A DNA stretch of 64,000 bases from a virus (lineage: Duplodnaviria > Caudoviricetes): IMG/VR virus record IMGVR_UViG_3300042445_001485. One strand, 5' to 3'. How positions within the stretch are numbered: position 1 is the first letter of the stretch; the number at the start of each line of letters is the position of its first letter. Below are positions 1 to 9,821 of the stretch, piece after piece. Under the pieces are notes generated by a model that made no database searches, had not been told where the DNA came from, and saw only the letters and a list, made by a program, of their open reading frames with translations. The position numbers were made by a program, and so were the translations under genes.

Positions 1-84
1 ATCTAGATCCCATTACAGGCTTGGGTGCGTCTGGGTCTTTGGGTGTTTTGTTTACTAAATTTAATACTGAATCGATTAATGCCA

Positions 85-273
85 TTATATTACTCCTATT
101 GCTACATTACAGGCCTGTACTATATATCTAAATAGTTGTTCATTTTCAGCACAACTTATGCCGGCCTTGACATCTTTAATTTCGGTTAATAAGTAATCGC
201 GCTCTTCTGTGCTGATATTGCCTAGTTGACATTGTTCTACGATTGCTTGTATTTCTTGTTCTAGTGGATGCAT
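85..273 (-). CDS. hypothetical protein (62 aa)
   Basis: ORF directly downstream of the lysis cluster, same strand. Confidence 0.6.
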   Translation of the reverse strand: MHPLEQEIQAIVEQCQLGNISTEERDYLLTEIKDVKAGISCAENEQLFRYIVQACNVAIGVI

Positions 274-274
274 A

Positions 275-634
275 TTATCTTCCTTGCCATGCGGTCCGTG
301 CCGCTTCTATTCTCTGTGTGGCAGTTTTCTTGCCTAACTCACAAAATGTTTTACTGCCACCCTGTGCCATACGCTTGGTATGTGCCGCAAGGCCCTTCAT
401 GTTTTCGGTTTGTGGATCTCGACGCCATTCCGCATACTGTGCCAGTACTTCTGCATTACGATGTGCTGAGGTCCAGTCTGGCCGTTCACAGTCTATGTGC
501 TTGACGGCTATGTCGGTGGTCACAAGATGATTGAACATGACAGGATCGTGGTCTCTAGGCCAATATGTTGACAGGTCTTTTATAGTTGAACAACCTGTTA
601 ATAATACAACTGCAATTAGAGTGAACTTTTTCAT
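275..634 (-). CDS. lipoprotein, lysis-cluster associated
   Basis: N-terminal MKK + hydrophobic stretch + lipobox LTGC. Confidence 0.7.
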   Translation of the reverse strand: MKKFTLIAVVLLTGCSTIKDLSTYWPRDHDPVMFNHLVTTDIAVKHIDCERPDWTSAHRNAEVLAQYAEWRRDPQTENMKGLAAHTKRMAQGGSKTFCELGKKTATQRIEAARTAWQGR

Positions 635-900
635 TTCCCAATATCCTCATGTATCTTCTTTTGTATTTGATACCATTCCTGCCATGCATCAACCTTGACA
701 GCACATTCGTAATATGTATTATAGTTCATGGTAACTGTCCGAGTTAGTTCACTGAGTTTTACCCCGTTCTCTACTAGAGTCAGCTGTGGACATTTAACCA
801 TAGCGGCTTTGCCCGGTTCGTCGGGGAATTTCGCAACAACTGGTACAGTAGTGCCACATGCCGATAATACTAGTACCATTGCAATTGATAGATATTTCAT
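631..900 (-). CDS. putative outer-membrane spanin (Rz1-like lipoprotein)
   Basis: Lipobox LSAC, Pro/Cys-containing, 4-nt overlap with upstream i-spanin candidate, downstream of endolysin. Confidence 0.65.
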   Translation of the reverse strand: MKYLSIAMVLVLSACGTTVPVVAKFPDEPGKAAMVKCPQLTLVENGVKLSELTRTVTMNYNTYYECAVKVDAWQEWYQIQKKIHEDIGK

Positions 901-1343
901 TTGATAGCCTCGTTCCGAGCCGCGGCATTGTGTGCGTTAACTACCGCGTCGGGGATTTTACAAGTTTCGTCATATTTGACCACTTCACGGTCAATGTACT
1001 GTCGTACAATGGTGGCATTTTTGTATATCACACGCACACGCTCTTGTGACTGAGTTTCTATTTTATCATTGGCTGTCTTGCTGGCCGTTTCGATTCGAGC
1101 AACTCTTGCTTCCGCTTCAGCAACACGACTGCGCCAGGCCGCTTCGGTGTCGTAACTGCCATAAAAGTATACACCGGCAACAGCAAGTATGGTGCCCAAG
1201 ACTCTAATAGGTTCTTTAAACGGGATTAGTGGGGGTACAAAAGCAGTAAAGTAACTGAATATGTACAGCGCCGCACCCGAAGCCAGTACACCATATACTG
1301 TTAAAATTAACAACGAGTCAGGAACAAAACTCAACATCCACAT
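897..1343 (-). CDS. putative inner-membrane spanin (Rz-like)
   Basis: N-terminal TM helices then coiled coil (AWRSRVAEAEARVARIE) and C-terminal C-x-IP motif; between endolysin and lipoprotein. Confidence 0.65.
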   Translation of the reverse strand: MWMLSFVPDSLLILTVYGVLASGAALYIFSYFTAFVPPLIPFKEPIRVLGTILAVAGVYFYGSYDTEAAWRSRVAEAEARVARIETASKTANDKIETQSQERVRVIYKNATIVRQYIDREVVKYDETCKIPDAVVNAHNAAARNEAIK

Positions 1344-1345
1344 GA

Positions 1346-1723
1346 TTACTTCTTCCCACCATTGTATAATTGTCTGTCTTTGAATTTTTCTAACTCTGTA
1401 ACACGAAACTGCAAGGTGTCAATGATGGCACGGTTTGCGGCTGCACGGGTCACTGCTTCTGTGTTGGCCTGCATCAAGTCTTGGCGCAGTTTTTCACGGG
1501 CCAGTTCAGCACCCATGTTTGGTGCTTGTTTGTTATCCGATGTTACAACCAACTGCATTTTACTTTCGAGAATGGTGAGTTGATGATTGGCATTACTCAG
1601 CGCATTCATCAAGTATACCACACAGGCAAACATGATGGGTAGCACAGCAAATGTCACCTTTTCGATCAGTGCGCCCTTGGCTTCGCCAGCACTCATCTTT
1701 TCTTTGATTTGTTCCAATTCCAT
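1346..1723 (-). CDS. single-TM coiled-coil protein, holin/antiholin candidate
   Basis: TM segment VTFAVLPIMFACVVYLM; immediately downstream of endolysin. Confidence 0.45.
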   Translation of the reverse strand: MELEQIKEKMSAGEAKGALIEKVTFAVLPIMFACVVYLMNALSNANHQLTILESKMQLVVTSDNKQAPNMGAELAREKLRQDLMQANTEAVTRAAANRAIIDTLQFRVTELEKFKDRQLYNGGKK

Positions 1724-1724
1724 G

Positions 1725-2351
1725 TTATGCTCCTAACACATGTAAGGCATGTGCATAATGTTTTTTACGATCTTCTAAGCCAATTGTGCCACCGTTGATG
1801 CGTTTGGTCATGGTTAAGATGTCACCTGAGTCTGCGTACTGATTCAAGTTGTTGGCTTCCCAGAACCAGGCCGCACTTTGTACACAACCTTCAAATGTGG
1901 TCAAATGTTCGCTGGCTTCTTCCACAGTTTGCTCTGTGCTTTGAGCATAACGAGTGTAGTTGTCTTTACCGGTTAGCTGAATTAATCCGCGTCCGCAGTA
2001 ACGATATCCGTCGCCGCTGGACTCAGGACCGTTGCCCATTCTGTTAGCATATATCTTGTTGGCAATTGCCGCCTGCTTGTCAGACATGGCGCAGTAACGC
2101 TCTGCTGTGGGCAGGTCAAAGTATTTTTTAAACAAGGTAACCAGGGTTGCTGGTTTGTAGTTTAAGTTTTCTTTAATTGCTCGAAACCCACCCGACTCAT
2201 GAGCACATTGTGCTAGGAACGCAGCCACACGCTCAGGGGTGTCAATGTCATAATCGGGCAATATTTCACACAAGGCTTCGTGCCAGTGTTCGATGTGCGG
2301 ATTACCGGGAACAATTTGTCGTAATTGGTCTAAGGTGAGAGTGAACGCCAT
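1725..2351 (-). CDS. glycoside hydrolase family 19 endolysin
   Basis: Motifs AAFLAQCAHESGGF, YCGRGLIQLTGKDNY, SAAWFW, TKRINGGTIGLEDR. Confidence 0.92.
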   Translation of the reverse strand: MAFTLTLDQLRQIVPGNPHIEHWHEALCEILPDYDIDTPERVAAFLAQCAHESGGFRAIKENLNYKPATLVTLFKKYFDLPTAERYCAMSDKQAAIANKIYANRMGNGPESSGDGYRYCGRGLIQLTGKDNYTRYAQSTEQTVEEASEHLTTFEGCVQSAAWFWEANNLNQYADSGDILTMTKRINGGTIGLEDRKKHYAHALHVLGA

Positions 2352-2410
2352 TGAAAATCTCCTATGCTAGAGTATTTAGCAGAATAGCAGATTCAATGTA
2401 TTACAACTTT

Positions 2411-2989
2411 TTAACGAATTCCGGCGGCTATTCGCAGACTTTCGGTATATTCGTTCTTGGGTGCCTTGGTTTTAACTTTGATCCCAGCCGCAGTACGCAT
2501 ATCATCTAGGTCTCGATCGTCACCTTTTTCTTCAGACTTTTTATCTTTGTGACCAAATTTGCGTTGATATTCTTCTGCGGTACCGGGAATCAACTTACGC
2601 AAACTATCTACATCTAAGTTATGATCTTCTTGCCCGGTATAATAACGAACTCGCCATTCTTCAGCTGTTTGTTCAGTGATGTTCATGATATCCTCCATCA
2701 TTTCAACCAGCTCTTGTGCCAACCTGGGAGTACGATCACATTCAATGAACACAATGAAATCGCCGTCATCCATCTCACCCGAACTAACATCGGCATCGAT
2801 TACCCACTCGTAACCTTTTTCAATGAAGTTGACCAGGTCTTGTGCAGGTTCTTTGCCTCGAACTTTGAAACTGATGACCACAGTATCTTCATCTGCACCC
2901 AGCTTGCTTTTGAACTCGTCAATGTGCAGTTCTGTGTGTATTAGTCTCTTTAAGTCGCCGTGTTCCAGGCCTTCGAATAATTGTTTCAT
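2411..2989 (-). CDS. hypothetical protein (192 aa)
   Basis: Long acidic ORF, protein-like composition. Confidence 0.7.
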   Translation of the reverse strand: MKQLFEGLEHGDLKRLIHTELHIDEFKSKLGADEDTVVISFKVRGKEPAQDLVNFIEKGYEWVIDADVSSGEMDDGDFIVFIECDRTPRLAQELVEMMEDIMNITEQTAEEWRVRYYTGQEDHNLDVDSLRKLIPGTAEEYQRKFGHKDKKSEEKGDDRDLDDMRTAAGIKVKTKAPKNEYTESLRIAAGIR

Positions 2990-2990
2990 A

Positions 2991-3560
2991 TCATGCTACC
3001 GGTGCTGGTGCAGGAATTCCTGCGGATGCTGGTACAGCTGGAGCCGCTGCCATTGTGTCTTGACCTTGCGCTTCCAAGTTATCTGCACCTGTTTCGTATG
3101 CCGATTCAATATCTTCGGCGTCAATGCTTTCGTTTTCTAATTCCAAGCTGCCTCGTTCAATTTCAAACATTAGTTTCTTAGGCATAGTAATTTCTACCAG
3201 CCATACAGGTAGTTTACCTAATTTTGGTACTCGTGTGCCGGGTCTATAGTCATTGGGATTTTTGACTTTAATGGGGTATTCAAGAATATCTTTGCGCCAT
3301 TTAATTTCGCAGTCATATTCCATCAAACGATCTGCTCCGCGTGGATCAGGCATCAGCTGATGGGGCCACATGAATGTACAGGTTACAAAGTATTTTTCGT
3401 ACACTGGACCAACTACTAGTTCACCTGCTTTCCAGTTCTTAAACACATACATGTCAAGCTCGTCAAGTACTCGCTCAAAATCCATGAGTATACTCAAAGC
3501 ACTATTACTCAGGTAGATTTCTTTGGTATTTTCAATTACATCTTTAATATGGTTGGCCAT
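2991..3560 (-). CDS. hypothetical protein (189 aa)
   Basis: Long ORF preceded by TATAAATA late-type motif. Confidence 0.7.
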   Translation of the reverse strand: MANHIKDVIENTKEIYLSNSALSILMDFERVLDELDMYVFKNWKAGELVVGPVYEKYFVTCTFMWPHQLMPDPRGADRLMEYDCEIKWRKDILEYPIKVKNPNDYRPGTRVPKLGKLPVWLVEITMPKKLMFEIERGSLELENESIDAEDIESAYETGADNLEAQGQDTMAAAPAVPASAGIPAPAPVA

Positions 3561-3595
3561 TGTGATAAATCCGGTATAGTGTATTTATACTTGGA

Positions 3596-4564
3596 TTATT
3601 GTTCTGGTGGAAGAGACTTTATCACAGGTATCCACTGTTTTCTTAACTGTTCCATGCTATTCTTAAATCCTATTGGAGTTAGTTCGGCGTCTACAGAAAA
3701 CATTAGATTATTTGCAAAGAATTGCTGTGCTTCTGCACTTTTGATGATGCCAGCAAAGTTTTTAACATACCAGTTTATGATGTCGCTGGGTGTGTTCTTG
3801 GGCAATATAATGCCCCATGCCGCATACACACTGGCTCCGGGTATGTATTGTTGCATGAGTGGAATACTGGGAATTTGTGAAAGTCTTTGTTCGCTAAACA
3901 AGCCCAGTATTCTGACACGCCCGCTTTGGGCCAGGGTGTGTGCAATAGCAACAGGAACAATACCAAACTCAACTTCATGCGCTGCCACTGCTGTAACTGC
4001 TTGTGCTGGACCTTTGTAACTGATTAACTTGATCAAGTTGTTGTCTAGTTTTAGTTCTTTTGCTATGTAATTATAGGCCAGCTTATGTGCTCCTGATCCT
4101 GCCGCTATGTTAACAGGTTGAGTGGTATGTCGCAATTGATTGATAAATGCGGGTATAGTGGTGATAGAACTATTGCCGGACACTACCAATGCCAGTGGAC
4201 TTTTTGCAATAGTGACCACATATTCAAAATCGTTGAGGGTATATCGCACAGCACTTTGATTAAAGTATTCAGCAGTTACCCAGATGCCTTGATGACTTGG
4301 TATATACACATGATAGCCATCGGCAGGCCTATTAATAAACTCGTTCATGGCCACCACTCCATCGGCCCCTGGGCGATTGGTAATTACAAAATTGATATTT
4401 TTATTTTGTTTTTCAAGCAATGATGACACACCTCTGAAACTGACTTCGTTGCCCGAGCCCGGTGCAAAGCCAATATAAACATTGACAGGTCGTGTGGGTT
4501 CCCATGCCAGTGCCGCCAAGGGCAATAGCATCAACGCAATAAAGTTACTAATATATCTGACCAT
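3596..4564 (-). CDS. Bug/TctC-family periplasmic solute-binding protein
   Basis: Signal peptide, P-RPV-x-Y-GFAPG-G-D/E, NRPGADG, DGYH, YKG-x3-A, GIVP; start may lie a few codons later. Confidence 0.85.
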   Translation of the reverse strand: MVRYISNFIALMLLPLAALAWEPTRPVNVYIGFAPGSGNEVSFRGVSSLLEKQNKNINFVITNRPGADGVVAMNEFINRPADGYHVYIPSHQGIWVTAEYFNQSAVRYTLNDFEYVVTIAKSPLALVVSGNSSITTIPAFINQLRHTTQPVNIAAGSGAHKLAYNYIAKELKLDNNLIKLISYKGPAQAVTAVAAHEVEFGIVPVAIAHTLAQSGRVRILGLFSEQRLSQIPSIPLMQQYIPGASVYAAWGIILPKNTPSDIINWYVKNFAGIIKSAEAQQFFANNLMFSVDAELTPIGFKNSMEQLRKQWIPVIKSLPPEQ

Positions 4565-5109
4565 GATTTCTTAATCTCCATTGTATAATTGAAATTTTCT
4601 GCAATCCATTCACTGGTAAAATAATTCCAGGTGACATTGTGACTGTGTGCATACTCTAGTATGAGTTTATTTTGTTCTGCAATTTTATCCAACATAACTG
4701 AGCTGTTTTGATACCAATCGTAACAGGGATATTTTATATCAAAACCACCTGCTTCGTGCCACCAAGCAAAACTGGGCATGTCGGGACGATACACCAACAT
4801 GATCCAGTCGTTGGGAAATTGTTGTTTAATATCTGCTAATTGGTACGCCCATTCATGACTTTTAACTATTCGTGTACCAGTGTTTTCAGTCCAGGCTTGA
4901 TCGATGTGTACAGAATTTAAAATTGGAGCTAGTTCCATACCGGTGCCAAAGTATGCACCTGTATGTCCGGCAAATTGATTGTGTGTGTATTCTCTTACGG
5001 CAGTGCGATCACTGATGTTAAATCCCGGCATGGATTCTAGTATTTGTGCAATACCACTCCAACGGCTACCAGGAACTCCGGTTAAGAATATTCGATTGGG
5101 CAAGGTCAT
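4531..5109 (-). CDS. sulfotransferase/P-loop-like hypothetical protein
   Basis: N-terminal IFLTGVPGSRWS resembles a 5'-phosphosulfate-binding loop; IVKSH motif. Confidence 0.45.
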   Translation of the reverse strand: MTLPNRIFLTGVPGSRWSGIAQILESMPGFNISDRTAVREYTHNQFAGHTGAYFGTGMELAPILNSVHIDQAWTENTGTRIVKSHEWAYQLADIKQQFPNDWIMLVYRPDMPSFAWWHEAGGFDIKYPCYDWYQNSSVMLDKIAEQNKLILEYAHSHNVTWNYFTSEWIAENFNYTMEIKKSWSDILVTLLR

Positions 5110-5144
5110 TGAGTAAATATCTTAAACTACTATTTAAGGAAAAC

Positions 5145-5681
5145 ATGTCTGTTGATCAAAATTATCTAAATCACTACTTCGGTAACATATGGCATACCAA
5201 TAGTAATCCTGTAACCAAGTTTGAAAAGTCCGGGTTAGCATTGGTTGACAAAATTGCACCCAATGAAACGGTATTAGATGTTGGATGTGGTACAAATCCA
5301 TTTAAAAAATTAATACCTAACCTGGTGGGAATAGATCCTGCATTTGAACAAGCCGATCATCAATGCACCATAGAAGACTTTGAAACTGATCAACGGTTTG
5401 ATGTTGCATTTTGTTTGGGCAGTATTAACTTTGGAACTCGAGAAGATGTACTGCCACAGATTGCCAAAGTCGTATCGTTATTAAAACCCGGAGGTAGAAT
5501 CTATTGGAGATGCAATCCTGGAGAACAAGACCACCCCGATGATGCTTGTAAAAAAATTACATTCTATCCCTGGAGTATTGTTGAGCATGTTAAACTATCA
5601 AATCTTTTTAATGCCAAGTTAATTGAATGTGCTTGGGAACCCACTGGTAATAGGTTATACGCTGAGTGGGGGTTAGCCTAA
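5145..5681 (+). CDS. class I SAM-dependent methyltransferase
   Basis: VLDVGCG, VGIDP, FDVAFCLGSINF, LLKPGG; start moved to the ATG after AAGGA. Confidence 0.85.
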   Translation: MSVDQNYLNHYFGNIWHTNSNPVTKFEKSGLALVDKIAPNETVLDVGCGTNPFKKLIPNLVGIDPAFEQADHQCTIEDFETDQRFDVAFCLGSINFGTREDVLPQIAKVVSLLKPGGRIYWRCNPGEQDHPDDACKKITFYPWSIVEHVKLSNLFNAKLIECAWEPTGNRLYAEWGLA

Positions 5682-5826
5682 TACTTATGCCAGTTTAGTA
5701 GATTTAAACATGCCGTTAATTGGCGTTGCCGCCACTCCTTAAATATCTTTGTAGCCAGTATCAACTGCTGGTTGCACAAAGATGCAAAGTTCAAACATTT
5801 TCAGCGTTAATCACAAGGAGAAACAT

Positions 5827-6579
5827 TTGTCTAAACGGCGTAATAACCGAGCTCTGGCTCAGCAATTCCAAGATCCCCTGCCAACTGTAGTAAACAAACC
5901 ACTTCAACTAGATAATTACAGAAAGCAACCGCGTAAAGTTCATTTAATACCTAGAACTCGTACACAAGAAGATTACATAGAGTTACTTGACAACCCCGAT
6001 AAATTAATAGTATTTGCTACTGGCCCTGCTGGTACTGGCAAAACAATGATGGCTGTATTGGCCGCGTTGAAAGCCTACCAAACAGGCGAGTGTACAAAGA
6101 TCGTTGTTACCCGTCCGGCTGTGGGCGTGGATGACGAAGAGCATGGATTCCTTCCGGGGGATCTTAATGCCAAAATGGCACCATGGACTAGACCCATAAT
6201 GGACTACATTGCAGAATATTATAGGCCTCAGGACATCAATGCTATGCTAGAAGACCAGTTGATTGAGATTTCTCCCCTAGCATACATGCGTGGACGGACA
6301 TTTAAAAATGCGTGGATCATAGCTGACGAAATGCAGAATGCTACGCCAAACCAAATGAAAATGCTGTTGACACGACTTGGTGAAGGAAGCAAGCTGATAG
6401 TAACAGGAGATACTCAACAAACCGACCGCCGCGAGAGCGAAAACGGATTACTAGATTTTAAGAGGCTAGTAAAAGAGTATGAGTCCTGTCATTATGTTGC
6501 AGGTATAGAGTTTGCAGGTCGCGATATTCAGCGCCACCCTGCTGTATTAGAAATTTTAAAGATTTACAAGGAGATCTAG
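5827..6579 (+). CDS. phoH: PhoH-like ATPase
   Basis: GPAGTGKT, IVVTRPAV, GFLPGDLNAKM, MRGRTF, DEMQNAT, GDTQQTD; TTG start after AGGAG. Confidence 0.95.
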   Translation: MSKRRNNRALAQQFQDPLPTVVNKPLQLDNYRKQPRKVHLIPRTRTQEDYIELLDNPDKLIVFATGPAGTGKTMMAVLAALKAYQTGECTKIVVTRPAVGVDDEEHGFLPGDLNAKMAPWTRPIMDYIAEYYRPQDINAMLEDQLIEISPLAYMRGRTFKNAWIIADEMQNATPNQMKMLLTRLGEGSKLIVTGDTQQTDRRESENGLLDFKRLVKEYESCHYVAGIEFAGRDIQRHPAVLEILKIYKEI

Positions 6580-7163
6580 TTACTAGTAATAAGTTCAAAC
6601 ACTTGTTTCCAATTTTTTGTCATGGGAATATCGGCGTGATAAAAATGCATATTGTGTCCGTGCTCGATTAGTATACTACGCAAGCCCAAGTTATGGCCAA
6701 CCATGGCATTTTCGGGCTTGTCCTCTACCCACCAGCATCCTGTATCTCTGTATGGCTCAAGTGCAGAGTCTTTGTCGGCTCCGGTGTCCAGGCACACAAC
6801 CTTTTCAAATGCAGTTTTGCCAAACAGTTTAGCAAGATTCATTTCACGCAGTTTGCCTGCGGCAGGATCTAGACTCAAACTAGTGATGCAGTGAAACACA
6901 TAGCCGTGTTCTTCGTGCAGGCGTTTAACATAGTACATGGCATCGCGCAAGGGCGGCAAGAAACCAATTGCGGCACTTTCATTGAAGATCTTGATCAGTT
7001 TACGACCCTGCTCGTGTCCTATGCTGTAGCGTTCTCCGATGTTGTAATTGAAATCACTGCCGGGTACCTTGGCAAATCCATGTGTGTCCATCCACACAGC
7101 AAATGCATACTCCCAATTGAGTATAACTCCGTCACAATCAACTAATATAACTCGATCTTTCAT
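6576..7163 (-). CDS. HAD-family 5'(3')-nucleotidase-like protein
   Basis: ILVDCDGVI HAD motif I; VEDKPEN motif. Confidence 0.75.
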   Translation of the reverse strand: MKDRVILVDCDGVILNWEYAFAVWMDTHGFAKVPGSDFNYNIGERYSIGHEQGRKLIKIFNESAAIGFLPPLRDAMYYVKRLHEEHGYVFHCITSLSLDPAAGKLREMNLAKLFGKTAFEKVVCLDTGADKDSALEPYRDTGCWWVEDKPENAMVGHNLGLRSILIEHGHNMHFYHADIPMTKNWKQVFELITSN

Positions 7164-7369
7164 TTTAGCATGTCCTTAAACATTGTTCGTCGACCTGATT
7201 CTCCAATGTGGAGATCAAATAGGTCCTTGGCCGCTATCAACATGGCACTGGCCATCATCAATTGATCTTTACGATCATCGCACATCAAGATCTGTTGGTG
7301 TATGGGTTGCATGAGTTCAGCCATGCGTTGCCGAACACGATCATTTTCTTCCATATCGGGCCTTTTCAA
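7160..7369 (-). CDS. hypothetical protein
   Basis: ORF in tightly coupled minus-strand run. Confidence 0.6.
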   Translation of the reverse strand: MKRPDMEENDRVRQRMAELMQPIHQQILMCDDRKDQLMMASAMLIAAKDLFDLHIGESGRRTMFKDMLK

Positions 7370-7377
7370 CTTGATCT

Positions 7378-7626
7378 TCAGTCACCCATGACCACCAATC
7401 GTTTGATATCTCGAAGTCGGGGAGAGATGATATTGTGTACGGTACCTTCGTGCTTGATGGGTAAGTCAACTTGTACCATAACCAAGGGTGCTATCTCACG
7501 CACCACACTTCCAACAAAAGGAATCCGATTCCAATGTCCAAACACTCTGTCTCCGGAGTTGTATTTAGGGTTAGGTAAATCTGCATCTCTGCGTTCAAAG
7601 TATCGCGTCAGACTACTCATCTGCAT
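7378..7626 (-). CDS. hypothetical protein
   Basis: ORF in minus-strand run. Confidence 0.6.
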   Translation of the reverse strand: MQMSSLTRYFERRDADLPNPKYNSGDRVFGHWNRIPFVGSVVREIAPLVMVQVDLPIKHEGTVHNIISPRLRDIKRLVVMGD

Positions 7627-7840
7627 CTACTCCGCCTGCAAAGTATGCTAGAGCCAAATCACGGGCTTGTTCCACACTTGACGCAGGTACAGTGACCAAT
7701 GCAACTCGATCAATGATGTGCATGTAGTAGGGTACAGTTCCATAAAAGGCAAAATTTTCGGGTACGGTAACTTGTACTTCAAATTCTGTCAAACCCTTCA
7801 TGCCAATTTCAATATCGTTGATAAAATCTCGTGCATCCAT
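7613..7840 (-). CDS. hypothetical protein
   Basis: ORF with AGGA upstream. Confidence 0.6.
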   Translation of the reverse strand: MDARDFINDIEIGMKGLTEFEVQVTVPENFAFYGTVPYYMHIIDRVALVTVPASSVEQARDLALAYFAGGVDADE

Positions 7841-7841
7841 A

Positions 7842-8102
7842 TTAAATCCTTTTTAAATAAACAAAGAAGTTGCTTTTGCTACGGGGTTGCCAAGACTTGG
7901 CAGACTTGCCACATACTTCTTCTCGCACACGGGCAACATTGCAACTTTCATAACGACCTTTGCTGGTTGTTCCATTAACTGGGTTGTACTCGGGTTCTCT
8001 CCAAGTCAACTTACAGTTCCAGAAATAATAATTGGTATTAAGCCATCGATCCAACCATGTGGCTGTGTTATTGACACAATCTCTACAAGTCACTTCACTC
8101 AT
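7842..8102 (-). CDS. Cys-containing hypothetical protein
   Basis: Start MSEVTCRDC coupled to the upstream stop. Confidence 0.55.
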   Translation of the reverse strand: MSEVTCRDCVNNTATWLDRWLNTNYYFWNCKLTWREPEYNPVNGTTSKGRYESCNVARVREEVCGKSAKSWQPRSKSNFFVYLKRI

Positions 8103-8556
8103 TTTTTTGCTCCTTTGTAAGCATACACACCAACTGAAAATGATCAAATGCCTGACGAACACTTTCGTGTGTCATCAATTGATCTGCTTCTGTTTGCAAG
8201 GCACGGATGCCTGCTTCAGCAATGTCACGACTACTTGCCCAGCTTAAACATCTGGCATCTTCACCAAATACCCGGATCAGTCGATTCCAGGCGTTGCGTT
8301 GTTCCGGCGTAAGAGCTCTAGTTGTTGGTCGAATTTCACTGGCATCGTGCAGAGCCCGGCACATGGCATCTTCGGCCACACGGCCGGCCGCAATCAAGGC
8401 CGCATGGTTGGGATCAACATTGTAACGGGTTGATTTACCACCAGGATAGACATCAACAAGATGTGTGCCTTTGGGCAACCCATCTACTAGATTGCTGTCA
8501 TACTCAGATACAGGATAATATCTGCGCCCCCGTTTTTCGTAAAAGATTTTTTTCAT
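8095..8556 (-). CDS. hypothetical protein
   Basis: TAATG coupling with the upstream gene. Confidence 0.65.
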   Translation of the reverse strand: MKKIFYEKRGRRYYPVSEYDSNLVDGLPKGTHLVDVYPGGKSTRYNVDPNHAALIAAGRVAEDAMCRALHDASEIRPTTRALTPEQRNAWNRLIRVFGEDARCLSWASSRDIAEAGIRALQTEADQLMTHESVRQAFDHFQLVCMLTKEQKNE

Positions 8557-8930
8557 TACCAACTACTATTATAAAACACTTTCAGCCCCAAGAACAACTC
8601 TGCTCGGGCCCTTTTAACGAATGCAAGATCCGTTTCTTTATAATGCTCGTCTGCATCATTGCCAAAAAAGATTCCTGAGGTTTCGGGCAACTTGACTTCA
8701 TTGATATCCCGTTCCAGTTCGTCTATGTCCTGCCAATCCAGTTCTAGCTCAATACCGTTAAAGGTGTGCTGATCCGGATCACGATTTTCTGCTTGCATTT
8801 TGTATCGCCACAACTGTTCCATCCAACCATGCAGGTTAGGATGCTTGCGCCAGTAGGCAATTTCCCGCTGTTCTGTTTTGTAGTCTGCCTCTGGCTTGGT
8901 GGCAGTGTATGCGTACATGTCTAGTCCCAT
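8556..8930 (-). CDS. hypothetical phage protein
   Basis: MGLDMY...YWRKHPNLHGWM...YNSSW, typical small phage ORF; GGAG SD. Confidence 0.7.
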   Translation of the reverse strand: MGLDMYAYTATKPEADYKTEQREIAYWRKHPNLHGWMEQLWRYKMQAENRDPDQHTFNGIELELDWQDIDELERDINEVKLPETSGIFFGNDADEHYKETDLAFVKRARAELFLGLKVFYNSSW

Positions 8931-8933
8931 GTG

Positions 8934-9602
8934 TTACTCCAATTCCTTAACATAATTGAGATAAGTTACCCGGCCATTGTTGTTGTACTTACTGATGCTC
9001 TGCGACTTGACACGGCCCTGTATGCGTCCATTACTGATTGATTTTTTATTTAAAAAGCCAATCAAGTTTCCTGCACCATCGTGTCCCAGGTGCCTGAAGC
9101 ATTCGTATTCGCGATTGTACTTGGCGCTGATCACAGTAAAATCTAATTCAATCTTTTCTTTGACCCGACCCACATACCCACTGGAGATGGCATACTGAGC
9201 AATGTCTTCTTGGTTCGTGCTTTGTTGCACCATGTCGGCATACAACTTGGGTGCCCAAACCACACGGCCCAGGTCAAATTGGTGAACATGTTCTCTACCA
9301 ACAATGGCATTGATATCGGCGATAAAATCACCGATTTCTTTTTGCATCAAGGTGTCCATGATCACTCGTTGCTGTATATAACCAGCAATGGCACTGGCTG
9401 TCTCACGATCGGCATCAGTCACGGTAATGACTGTGGTATTGTCGAAATGTGCAACAATGCGTTGTTTGCTAGACACTTGTTGTGTCTTGGTCACAAAGTC
9501 AAAGTCTCCGCGATTGATTCGATTGCCCTCAAGTCTGAAGATGGCCTGTGCTACACTCAGCACTTCGAGAGTTTCAAATTTTGGGAAATCTCGCTTGGCC
9601 AT
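8934..9602 (-). CDS. hypothetical protein (possible C-terminal OB-like domain)
   Basis: 222-aa ORF with GAGG SD. Confidence 0.65.
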   Translation of the reverse strand: MAKRDFPKFETLEVLSVAQAIFRLEGNRINRGDFDFVTKTQQVSSKQRIVAHFDNTTVITVTDADRETASAIAGYIQQRVIMDTLMQKEIGDFIADINAIVGREHVHQFDLGRVVWAPKLYADMVQQSTNQEDIAQYAISSGYVGRVKEKIELDFTVISAKYNREYECFRHLGHDGAGNLIGFLNKKSISNGRIQGRVKSQSISKYNNNGRVTYLNYVKELE

Positions 9603-9604
9603 GA

Positions 9605-9820
9605 TTATACCTCTACTGTTATTTCATTCATAAAGATCTGATTGTGGCCCGCAATGGCCTCTGCTTCTGTGGCATAGCGAGCCACAACATCTGAGTTGCC
9701 GCTATCTTCAAAAATACAAGTTTCCCATATCTTGGGTTCGTTGTCAAATCTGTACAACAACACAGTAGAGATTTCTTTGTTACCTATACGATTTAATGAA
9801 ATTTGTACTGACGGATTCAT
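9605..9820 (-). CDS. hypothetical protein
   Basis: Start adjusted to MNPSVQ. Confidence 0.5.
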   Translation of the reverse strand: MNPSVQISLNRIGNKEISTVLLYRFDNEPKIWETCIFEDSGNSDVVARYATEAEAIAGHNQIFMNEITVEV

Positions 9821-9821
9821 T

